A stretch of 64,000 bases of DNA from an uncultured delta proteobacterium (GTDB lineage: Bacteria; Myxococcota_A; Polyangia; Polyangiales; B10-G4), in contig CAVSGI010000009.1 of NCBI GenBank assembly GCA_963727445.1, forward strand, positions 416,001 through 480,000, read 5' to 3'. Both the position numbers and the translations under genes were made by a program. A model generated the notes under the pieces. That model was not told the DNA's origin, did no database searches, and saw only the letters and a program-made list of their open reading frames with translations. Below, piece after piece: positions 19,506 to 28,095 of the stretch (the stretch's first letter is position 1; each line of letters starts with the position of its first letter).

Positions 19506-19521
19506 TGGCACGACCGCTGCA
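19506..19521 (+). promoter_or_regulatory. Sigma-54 (-24/-12) promoter candidate
   Basis: TGGCACG-ACCG-CTGCA versus consensus TGGCACG-N4-TTGCW, 27 nt before the ATG at 19549. Confidence 0.65.
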
Positions 19522-19548
19522 AAACCGCCGCGCGGGATGGTGGAAACG

Positions 19549-20571
19549 ATGATCAAACACAGTCTTTTCTTGCTCGTACTCTCGACCCTCGCGCTCGGCT
19601 GCGCCTTCCAGAGCGGCGACCGCGTCGACGGCAGCTGTCCGGCCGGCGAGGTCTGCTCGACCGCGACCGACGGCCTCGACTTCGCCGGCTCGCCGCCGGC
19701 CTCCTATCTCGGCAACATCGTGGCGACCGCCGAAGGCGGAACGCAGCGGATCCGGGTACTCGGCTGGAGCCGCGCCATGAACGCAGACGTCGACGGGCCC
19801 TCCTTCGTGGTGGACCGGATCGAGGGCAGCGACGTGATCATTCGAGGCGTGGACGCCGGCGCTTCGCGGCTCCGGATCGTCGACCCGCTCGATGGGACGC
19901 TCCTCGATCGCACCCGGCTCGAGGTCAAGCGCGTGGCGCGAATGGCCATCGTCGGCCAGTACGCGTTGGGCGCGACCGACGATCCCGCGGAGGATGTCGC
20001 TTTCTTCTCCAGCAGCCGAGCATCGGTGGTCGTGCGTCTCCTCGATCCGGTCGACGACCTCGTCGTCGACGAGGGACTCTCTCTCGAGGTCTCCACCGGC
20101 ACCGCCACACGGAGCGCGTGGGATACATTCGCCATCGAAGCACCCGCGACGGGCAGCGTGGGGATCGATCTCGCGGCTGCCGGTCTCACCGGCTCCTTCG
20201 ACATCCCGGTGGTCGATTCGATCGACGACATCGTGATGACCTCACCCGACGATGGCGCGCCGGTGCAGGTCGAGGTGGGCGAGACGCGGATGCTCTGCTT
20301 CCGCGGTCGCGCGGGCGATCTGCGCGTGATGGGCACGACCTTCGACTTCAGCGCGTCGGGCAACGCCTCCATTCCGGAGAGCGGGACGCTCACCGATTGC
20401 GCCTTCGTCCAGGGTGACGCGGTCGGCGCTGCGCAGCTGATCGCCAGCGGACCCGGTGCCACCATGACCGTGGCACTGGACGTGGTCGCGGCGCGTCCCA
20501 CCGGAGGCACCTCCGGTGGCCTCACCGGTGGCGGCGTCTCCCTCGCCCACCAGCGCGGCGAGCGCCGCTGA
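19549..20571 (+). CDS. Hypothetical beta-rich lipoprotein
   Basis: Lipobox LLVLSTLALG-C; CPAGEVCS motif; Ig-like alternating beta pattern. Confidence 0.7.
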   Translation: MIKHSLFLLVLSTLALGCAFQSGDRVDGSCPAGEVCSTATDGLDFAGSPPASYLGNIVATAEGGTQRIRVLGWSRAMNADVDGPSFVVDRIEGSDVIIRGVDAGASRLRIVDPLDGTLLDRTRLEVKRVARMAIVGQYALGATDDPAEDVAFFSSSRASVVVRLLDPVDDLVVDEGLSLEVSTGTATRSAWDTFAIEAPATGSVGIDLAAAGLTGSFDIPVVDSIDDIVMTSPDDGAPVQVEVGETRMLCFRGRAGDLRVMGTTFDFSASGNASIPESGTLTDCAFVQGDAVGAAQLIASGPGATMTVALDVVAARPTGGTSGGLTGGGVSLAHQRGERR

Positions 20572-20678
20572 GCCGACCCCTCGCGAGATCATCCGAGGAG
20601 CGCGTCGTGGGCCGGGAGTGTATTCTCCCGGCCCGTGAACGTTTTGGCCATCGCGCCGCCAACGTCGACCAGGGTGGC

Positions 20679-22243
20679 GTGAGCGAAACGACGAAGCAGA
20701 GGGGCTCTCCCGCTCGCCGGCGGGTTCGCGATCTGATCGCCGGAGCGAGCGTGGGCGTCGTGCTGATCCCGCAGTCGATGGCCTACGCCGAGCTCGCCGG
20801 CATGCCGCCGGTGCAGGGCCTCTACGCCGCTGCGCTGCCGCCCCTCGCAGCGGCCTTCTTCGCCTCCTCGCCCTATCTGCAGACCGGCCCGACGGCGCTC
20901 ACCAGTCTGCTCACCTTCGGTGCGCTCTCGACCCTCGCCACCCCTGCGAGCCCGGAGTACGTCGCCCTCGGGGCGCTCCTCGCGCTGGTGGTGGGTGTCG
21001 TTCGCGTGGTCATCGGTCGCCTGCGCGCCGGCGCCATCGCGTACCTGATGAGCATGCCGGTGCTGCGCGGCTTCACCGCGGCGGCGGCGATGCTGATCTT
21101 CGCGTCGCAGGTCCCTGCGGTGCTCGGCATCGCGTCCAACGCCGACTCGGTCCTCGCGCGCGCGGTGGATGCATTTCGGCGCGTCTCCGAGTGGAGTCCC
21201 ACCGCCATCGCCATCTCGGGGGCGACTGTGGCGATGCTCCTCGGCGGAAGAAGATCGACCCGATCTTCCCCGGCGTTCTGGTGGCCGTTGCCGGCGGCAT
21301 CGTCTTCGTCATGACGGCCGGCTATTCGGGGCGCGTGGTCGGCGACGTCCCTTCCGCCATCTTTCCGCCGCTGTCCCTCGATCTGCCGTGGGCGACGCTT
21401 CCCTCGCTCCTGGTGTCGGGCGGGATCATCGCCCTCGTCGGTTTCGCCGAGGCGGCGAGCGTGGCGCAGACCTACGCCGAGCAGACGCGCACGGCTTGGG
21501 ATCCCGACGCCGAGTTCGTCGGCCAGGGGGCGGCGAACCTGGTCGCGGGCTTGTTCGGTGGTTTCCCGGTGGGTGGCTCTTTCGGCCGGAGCGCCCTCAA
21601 CCGACACGCCGGAGCGGTGACGCGAGCGAGCGGCGCGGTCACCGGGCTGGTTGCGCTCGCCTTCCTCCCCTTCGCCTGGCTGCTCCGCGACCTGCCGGTA
21701 GCGGTTCTCGGCGGGATCGTCATCGGCGCGGTGCTCAAGCTCCTCGATCCGCGCCCCCTGGTGGAGCTCTACGGAAAGTCCCGACCCCAGGCCGCCATCG
21801 CCTACGGGACCTTCGCCCTCACCCTGATCCTCGCCCCGCACATCGAGTACGCGGTGATCGGCGGCATCGCCCTGGCCCTGGCGATCCACGTTTGGCGCGA
21901 GACGAGCATCGAGGTCGACTCCGAGGTGGAGGGTACCGTGCTGCACCTGCGCCCGCGCGGCGTCATCTGGTTCGCTTCGTCGACCGGCTTCCGCCAGCGC
22001 ATGGCAGAGACCATCGCCGCGCACCCGGAGGTCGACACCGCCGTGATCCATCTGTCGCAACTGGGTCGGGTCGATCTCACGGGCGCCTTCATGTTGCGGG
22101 ACGTGGCCGAGGCGGCGCGCGAGGCCGGGATCGAGGTCTCCTTCGTCGGTGGCCCCAAGCGGGCGGAGACCCTCCTGGCCCGCGTGTGCGGGGACATCCC
22201 CCACGAGACGACGACGCAGCCGTCGCCAGGCGATGACGCCTGA
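20679..22243 (+). CDS. SulP/SLC26 anion transporter with C-terminal STAS domain; one -1 frameshift at about 21247-21252
   Basis: DLIAGASVGVVLIPQSMAYAELAGMPPVQGLY in ORF 20607..21314; GQGAANL...GGSFGRSALN and STAS IWFASS...VDLTGA in ORF 21191..22243. Confidence 0.9.
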
Positions 22244-22308
22244 GCCCGCCATCTTTCGTCCTGGCCTCGGCACGCTCTATCGCCGTACAACGTCGAGGTG
22301 AGGCGACG

Positions 22309-23535
22309 ATGACCCGCACGGCGATCGTGCTCAGCGGCGGTGGCGCGCGAGGGGCCTACGAGGCTGGCCTGGTGGCGGGGATCGTCGACGTGCTGGGGCT
22401 CGGGCCAGGCGACCCGGCGCCCTTTCAGATCTTTGCCGGGACCAGCGTCGGCGCGATCAACGCGACCTATCTCGCGGCCAACACCGATCGCGGCGACATG
22501 CGTATCGAGGGGCTCCTCGATGCCTGGGTCAGCCTCTCCCTCGCCGAGCACGTGCGCTTCGATCCGCTCGGCCTCCTCGGCTGGCCGCGCAAGCTCCCGA
22601 TCCTGCGGCGCCGGCATCAACTCGACCCCGAGCACATCGGTCCGCTCTACGGCAAGAGCGTCCTCGATCCGCGTCCCCTGCACGACGTGGTGGGCGAGTC
22701 GATCGACTGGGGACGCCTTCACGAAAACACTCGTCACGGGCGCACGCACGCCCTGGTGATCGCCGCGCTCCACATCGGGAGCGGGCGGACCCACATGTTC
22801 GCTGAGCTCGCCCCCGACGCGGAGTTCGTCCCCTCGAAGGATCCCTTCAGGCGGGGCGTCGAAGAACGCATCACGCGGGATCACGTCCTCGCGTCCGCCG
22901 CCATCCCGATGATCTTTCCAGCGCGCCGCATCGGCCGCGAGTACTTCTGCGACGGAGGCTTGCGCTTCAACACGCCCCTTGCCCCTGCCATCCGCACCGG
23001 CGCAGACCGCATGGTGGTGATCCCGTTGCTCCGCGGCGTGAAGGTGCCGCCGCCTCACGAGGAACAGGAGCGACAGGAGCAGTATCCGAGCGTTGCCTTC
23101 CTCGCCGGCAAGCTCCTGGTCGCGCTCCTGCTCGACCGGATCGACTACGACCTCACGACGCTGCGCCGTTTCAACGAGCTGGTCGCGGTGCTCGAGCAGA
23201 CCATGACGCCTGAGGAGCTCGCGCGCTTTCAGGAGGTAGTGATCGAGGCGCGCGGCGCGCCCTATCGCCAGGTCGAGGTCCTGCACTTCCGCCCCACCAG
23301 CGACATCGGCCGCCTCGCGGGCCGCTTCCTCGAAGAGCGCGGCCCCGAGAGCATCGGCACTTGGCTCTCGGAGCAGGTGATCCGTCGCGCCGCGATGATG
23401 ACCCAGACCGTCGAAGCCGATCTGGTGAGCTTCCTGCTCTTCGACGGCGGCTTCGCCAGGCAGCTCATCGCGCTCGGACGTCGCGACGCCCACGCGCACG
23501 AGGAGAAGATCTGCGCGTTCTTCGGACGCGACTGA
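22309..23535 (+). CDS. Patatin-like phospholipase
   Basis: LSGGGARGAYEAG, GTSVGAIN (catalytic Ser), ASAAIP, DGG (catalytic Asp). Confidence 0.93.
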   Translation: MTRTAIVLSGGGARGAYEAGLVAGIVDVLGLGPGDPAPFQIFAGTSVGAINATYLAANTDRGDMRIEGLLDAWVSLSLAEHVRFDPLGLLGWPRKLPILRRRHQLDPEHIGPLYGKSVLDPRPLHDVVGESIDWGRLHENTRHGRTHALVIAALHIGSGRTHMFAELAPDAEFVPSKDPFRRGVEERITRDHVLASAAIPMIFPARRIGREYFCDGGLRFNTPLAPAIRTGADRMVVIPLLRGVKVPPPHEEQERQEQYPSVAFLAGKLLVALLLDRIDYDLTTLRRFNELVAVLEQTMTPEELARFQEVVIEARGAPYRQVEVLHFRPTSDIGRLAGRFLEERGPESIGTWLSEQVIRRAAMMTQTVEADLVSFLLFDGGFARQLIALGRRDAHAHEEKICAFFGRD

Positions 23536-23549
23536 CGGAGCTCGTGTGC

Positions 23550-25283
23550 TCAGCGCATGGAGCCGGCGACGCCTGACCAGGCGTCGATGAGGGCACGGAG
23601 CTCCGAGGGGGCTTCCGGACAGGCGTTGGAATCGACGGCGGCCGCCCGAGCCGGGAGGCGCGAGGCTCCGTGGAGCGCTGCGGCTTCGAGGTCCACCAGG
23701 ATCGCCTCGGCGCACGCCGCACCTTCGTCGCGCGGGCCAGCGTCGTCGCGGGGGCCCGGATCGTTCGCGGCGAACCGGGCGATCTCCTGCCGCGGCGGCG
23801 CGCTCCCCATGCGCACCGTGGTCATCACCGTGCGCCCCTGTCGCACCTGAACGCCTTCGACGCGTCCGATCAGCGTAGCGAGCTCGATGACATCGCGGTC
23901 GTTGCCGAGCCGCGTGGCGAGGCGCGGAAAGTCGAGGGCGAGCTCCATGGTCACGCCTTCGTCGAGCTCGGCGGCCTCGAAGCGGAAGAAAGGGCCCGCG
24001 TCGCTCTCGAGCTCCCGCAAGAGCCCGGTCTGATCCGAGAGCGCCCCCAAACCGAAGACGCGCGAGGTGAGCATGTGCAGGTAGCAGGGCGCGCCGCACT
24101 CCTCGACGCGCTCGAGGGCGGCGTCGCTGCTTCGAATGCCGCCGAGGCCGAGCGGCACGCCGGCGACCGCCTGCATCACGTCCACGTTGACTGCACTTCG
24201 GATGACGAGAGGCGCTTCGGGCGGCCCTTCCGGAGCCACCGGCGCGCCACGCCCCGCTTCGTACGCCGCCACGCCGACCTCGGTGAGCCCCTGAACGGCG
24301 GCCAGGGTGGGTCGGTTGCCGGTCATCATGCCGATCGACACGTCGTCGACCTCCGCGCCCACCGGGCTCGTGCGGAGAACCGCGCCCATCAGGTCGACCT
24401 TCGCGCGCGCCGCGTACCGGGCGCGGTCCGCGTCGTCACCTCCGACGGTCACCGCGGAGGCGACCTCGTCGGCGACGAAGAGGAGCGCGGCCGCGCGCAC
24501 TCTCGCGGGCCGGAAGTGGGCGGCCGCCACCACGGGCCCTTCGAAGATCCAGCGCAGGGCCGGGGTCACGATCACCGGCGAGCTCGGGGGCTCTGCGAGC
24601 GTGGGCGGCACGCGCCCATCGTGGATCTCGGCCACACGCACGCGCACGAGATGAGCGCCCGGCTCGAGAACCGCGACGTACCGCATGCCGCAAAGGATGC
24701 TGGTCTCGTCCTCCGGCAGCCCTTCGAGATCGGCCGGCGAATGAGCGCATCCGACGCTTTGGGCGATCTCGACGAGCGCCTGCTTCAGAGCTGCCGGATC
24801 GGTGGCGGGGATGATCAAGCGGTGCGTCACGGGCGAGACCGGGCGCTCTTCGTCCGCGCGCGCGAGGAGATCGGGAACGGAGAGCGCGGGCGATTCGAAG
24901 AGCGCGAGGACGAGGGGTCGCTGGTCGTCCCACCCTTCGAGGGCGCGCGGCAGCGTGATGTCCTCGTCCGCGCCCAGGGCCTGGAGCGCGGGCCAGAGCG
25001 CGCTCGCCGAGAGGATGGGGCGGAGCTCGGGTACGAGCGCGCCGCCCATGCGCAAGAGGTTGCCCCCGAAGGTGGTCCAATGCCCCGGGTACAAGACGAT
25101 GGTCGCCGCCGCATCGCCGCCCGCGGCTTCGAGCAGGCTTCGGTCGCTGCCCGTCATCGTCGACGTGTCGTCCTCGCTGCTCGTCGTCGTCGTGGTCGTG
25201 GACGTGGTCGTCGCGCTTCCTCCGCAGGCGGTGAGCATCGACGAGAGCGATACAGCCACGATGAAGAAGAATAGTGCGCGCAT
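23550..25283 (-). CDS. Hypothetical lipoprotein with Thr-rich linker
   Basis: MRALFFFIVAVSLSSMLTA-CGG followed by poly-Thr; 3' part of ORF 23550..25940. Confidence 0.68.
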   Translation of the reverse strand: MRALFFFIVAVSLSSMLTACGGSATTTSTTTTTTSSEDDTSTMTGSDRSLLEAAGGDAAATIVLYPGHWTTFGGNLLRMGGALVPELRPILSASALWPALQALGADEDITLPRALEGWDDQRPLVLALFESPALSVPDLLARADEERPVSPVTHRLIIPATDPAALKQALVEIAQSVGCAHSPADLEGLPEDETSILCGMRYVAVLEPGAHLVRVRVAEIHDGRVPPTLAEPPSSPVIVTPALRWIFEGPVVAAAHFRPARVRAAALLFVADEVASAVTVGGDDADRARYAARAKVDLMGAVLRTSPVGAEVDDVSIGMMTGNRPTLAAVQGLTEVGVAAYEAGRGAPVAPEGPPEAPLVIRSAVNVDVMQAVAGVPLGLGGIRSSDAALERVEECGAPCYLHMLTSRVFGLGALSDQTGLLRELESDAGPFFRFEAAELDEGVTMELALDFPRLATRLGNDRDVIELATLIGRVEGVQVRQGRTVMTTVRMGSAPPRQEIARFAANDPGPRDDAGPRDEGAACAEAILVDLEAAALHGASRLPARAAAVDSNACPEAPSELRALIDAWSGVAGSMR

Positions 25284-25346
25284 CACCGGAGCTTCCTTCC
25301 ATGCTCGTTCGCGCGTCAACCCAGTGAGGGGTATCCTCGGCGCGAC

Positions 25347-26105
25347 ATGGACGAGCTCGACGATATCCGGGGCATGCCGGGCCGGCGCCCCGGGATCTTC
25401 ACGGTGATCCTCTGGGCCATCGTCACCTCGGCGGCGGTCAGCATCGGCATCGCGTACGCGCAGCACTTCGTCGCGCTCCCAGGGCTCGAGCCCCCCGACG
25501 TCCAGGCGCCGGATCTCACCGCCATCTCCGAGGTGGCCGCGCGGCGACTCGCGGACGCATACGGCCTCCAGCTCGAGGTCGGTGAAAGCCAGCAGAGCGA
25601 AGAGGTTCCCGAAGGGCAGGTGATCGAACAGTCCCCCGCGGCGGGCACGTCGATTCATCCCGGCGGCAGCATCACCGTCACCCTCTCGAGCGGTCCGCCT
25701 CTGGTGGAGGTGCCGGACGTGCGCCGTCGCTCCGTCGATGACGCGCGGGTCGCGCTCGAGACCCTCGGTCTTTCGCTGGGCGAGGTCAGCGAAGGGGAGG
25801 GCGGCGAGCCGGGGAAGGTGATCTCCAGCGACCCCGCGGCTGGCGAGCGCGTCACCCGCGGCACTCCGATCGCGATCACCGCCGCGCCCGAGGCGCCGCC
25901 CGGGGTCGAAGTCCCGGACCTCTCTCAGATGCGCGCACACGAGGCGCGCCAGGCGATCGAGGCGGCGGGCCTGACGGTGGGCCGCGTGCGCCGGCGCTAC
26001 GACGATCGCCGCGGCCCGAACGTCGTGCTCTCCCAGGAGCCCGACGCCGGCACGCGCGTCGAGCCGGGGAGCGAGGTCTCCTTCATCGCGAACGAAGGCG
26101 TCTGA
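25347..26105 (+). CDS. Membrane-anchored protein with three PASTA domains and no catalytic domain
   Basis: One TM, then three (A/V)PD(L/V)...A...L...G.VI.Q.P.AG repeats. Confidence 0.9.
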   Translation: MDELDDIRGMPGRRPGIFTVILWAIVTSAAVSIGIAYAQHFVALPGLEPPDVQAPDLTAISEVAARRLADAYGLQLEVGESQQSEEVPEGQVIEQSPAAGTSIHPGGSITVTLSSGPPLVEVPDVRRRSVDDARVALETLGLSLGEVSEGEGGEPGKVISSDPAAGERVTRGTPIAITAAPEAPPGVEVPDLSQMRAHEARQAIEAAGLTVGRVRRRYDDRRGPNVVLSQEPDAGTRVEPGSEVSFIANEGV

Positions 26106-26175
26106 CCGGCGCTCCGTCCGGGGCGTCAGCGGAAGGCGCCGGAACGCGCGGTCGTCTTGGACCAGGCACTGGCGA

Positions 26176-27480
26176 TCAGGGCTCGGCGCTGAGGCGCGGG
26201 GCCCAGCGGACGTCGAGCGTGCGAGCGACGCCTTCGGGGCTCGCCACGGCGCGCACCTCGTCGGTGGAAGGAACGAGGAGGCTCCAGGCGGGCAGCCCCG
26301 TGAAGTCGCCGGTCAGGATCGTGCTGCCGTCCGGGCTCCACGACGCGCGGTCGCTGGTGGCGGTGGTGATCCGATGGGCCGACCCGTCGCGGGCGACCAC
26401 CCATTCGCCGGTGTCGCAGGTGACGTGGAATCGACTCCCGTCAGGCGACCAGAGGGGAGCGGGATGGACGACGCCGACGACCGGTGCACATGACTCGAGT
26501 GCGGTGTCGGTCGACTCGCCGCTGGGCTCGAAGATGCGGGCGCGCTCGATCACCGCGCCTGCGGCGTCGGTCTCCACGAAGAGCATGGCGCCGTCATCGG
26601 TCACTCCGTCGAAGAACGTGGGCGCGTCGAAGGACGCGAGGTCCGTCGGCGCCGAGCCATCGACCGGCACGAGGCGAACGCTGCTCACCGCGCCGGACGG
26701 GTCAGACTGCCGTGTGACGACGACCAGGCTCGCACGGGACGGATCGTAGGCGTAGACGTCCTCGTCGGCCATCAGCTCGACGGGCTGTGTGGCGCCGCTG
26801 TCGATGTCGAGGAGCACGTGGCTCAGGGTGTCGAGCGTGGGGCCCACCGAGGCGTAGAGACGACCATCGGGAAGCTCCAGGGAGTGCCAGACATTGTCAG
26901 TGCCCACGCGCCGCGCGGTTCCAGCGCGGTCTACGACGAAGGTCGCCACCTCCGTCAGCACCGGCATCCCGCCCACGAGATCCGAGTGGGTGCATCGCAC
27001 CAGCACCCCGTCCTCGTTCACGCGGATGAAGTAGTCGGGGATCGATTCGTCGCACAGACCGTCGTCGACCTCGCTCACGGCCGATGTCACGTCGAGCGTC
27101 AGGTCGGTAGTGACGTCCACCAGATAGGTCCGCACCGAGATGGAGGGCATCCCCGAGAGCGTTGCCGAGATGGAGACGGAGACCAGCGCGAGACGATCCG
27201 ACCCCGGTGTGATCTGGGGCCCCGGGCTCGACTCTTCGGTGGGAAACCCGGCGACCACGCGGCTCGGTCCATCCAGCTGGAACTGGTAGAGCGTGGTCGT
27301 CGTCCCATCGTCGTCCACGGTGAGGAGCCGGGGGAAGCCGTCGTGTGCTTCGCTGCACCCCGCGACCAATGCGCACAGTGCAAACACCGGAGCGAGGCAC
27401 GTGGAGGTCTGCGAAGTCCAACGTCCCGCCGCGGTGATCCGACCCCCGTCAGGCTCGGGCGCGAGGTGACCGTCAATCAT
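26176..27480 (-). CDS. Hypothetical TolB-like beta-propeller lipoprotein
   Basis: VFALCALVAG-C lipobox; two WSPDGS motifs near the C-terminus; start uncertain. Confidence 0.62.
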   Translation of the reverse strand: MIDGHLAPEPDGGRITAAGRWTSQTSTCLAPVFALCALVAGCSEAHDGFPRLLTVDDDGTTTTLYQFQLDGPSRVVAGFPTEESSPGPQITPGSDRLALVSVSISATLSGMPSISVRTYLVDVTTDLTLDVTSAVSEVDDGLCDESIPDYFIRVNEDGVLVRCTHSDLVGGMPVLTEVATFVVDRAGTARRVGTDNVWHSLELPDGRLYASVGPTLDTLSHVLLDIDSGATQPVELMADEDVYAYDPSRASLVVVTRQSDPSGAVSSVRLVPVDGSAPTDLASFDAPTFFDGVTDDGAMLFVETDAAGAVIERARIFEPSGESTDTALESCAPVVGVVHPAPLWSPDGSRFHVTCDTGEWVVARDGSAHRITTATSDRASWSPDGSTILTGDFTGLPAWSLLVPSTDEVRAVASPEGVARTLDVRWAPRLSAEP

Positions 27481-27550
27481 GTTGTCAGTTTTTTCACGAA
27501 TCGCGACCGATGCGCACGCCCCAAAAGTGCGTTTTGTCGAAGACCGTGAG

Positions 27551-27566
27551 CGGCCCGGGCCTTGCA
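27551..27566 (+). promoter_or_regulatory. Sigma-54 promoter candidate with an AT-rich upstream element at 27482-27497
   Basis: CGGCCCG-GGCC-TTGCA has exact GG-N10-GC spacing; upstream TTGTCAGTTTTTTCAC could be an activator site. Confidence 0.45.
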
Positions 27567-27578
27567 CAGGGAAGGGTC

Positions 27579-28025
27579 ATGCTGCGGAAGACCCTCTGGC
27601 TCGCATGCGCGGGTCTCGCCCTGTCGTCCGGATGTGGGGACGCTACGATGCTCGAAGTGGTCGCGACGGGATTGCCCCTCGCGGAGGTCGGCCCGGATGC
27701 GGTCGAGCTCGACGACCTGGGCCGGGCTCAGTTCCCGGTGCGGGCCCGCACCGACGCGAACGTTCAACTGCGCATTCAGCGCGGGGACGTGGACATCGTT
27801 CTCGACTCGGTCTGCTTTCCGCCGGTCACCGAACCCACGCCACGGACGGAGGAACCCACCCCCCTCGACGCCATCACCCTCTTCATCCGCCGCGACCGCA
27901 TGACCTCGGAGTGTGTCCTGATCTCCTACGAAGCACGCCGGGGTGACGAGATCCTGCGCGGGGAATACGACCCGACACGCTTCGACGACGAGCCCTGTGG
28001 GCCTTTCGCCGCCCAGGAGCGCTGA
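27579..28025 (+). CDS. Small hypothetical lipoprotein
   Basis: MLRKTLWLACAGLALSSG-CGD lipobox. Confidence 0.62.
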   Translation: MLRKTLWLACAGLALSSGCGDATMLEVVATGLPLAEVGPDAVELDDLGRAQFPVRARTDANVQLRIQRGDVDIVLDSVCFPPVTEPTPRTEEPTPLDAITLFIRRDRMTSECVLISYEARRGDEILRGEYDPTRFDDEPCGPFAAQER

Positions 28026-28095
28026 GCCGAGGACCGCCTCCGTCGCCCGCGAGCGGCTGTGAGATCGTTCTGACAGTCACCGGTAGCGCGACGCC

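Noticed and set aside
21241..21256. Programmed ribosomal frameshifting in SulP (also considered for the kelch and KARI genes)
   Set aside because: No X XXY YYZ slippery heptamer at the breaks, which fall inside conserved domains; sequence error or mutation is simpler
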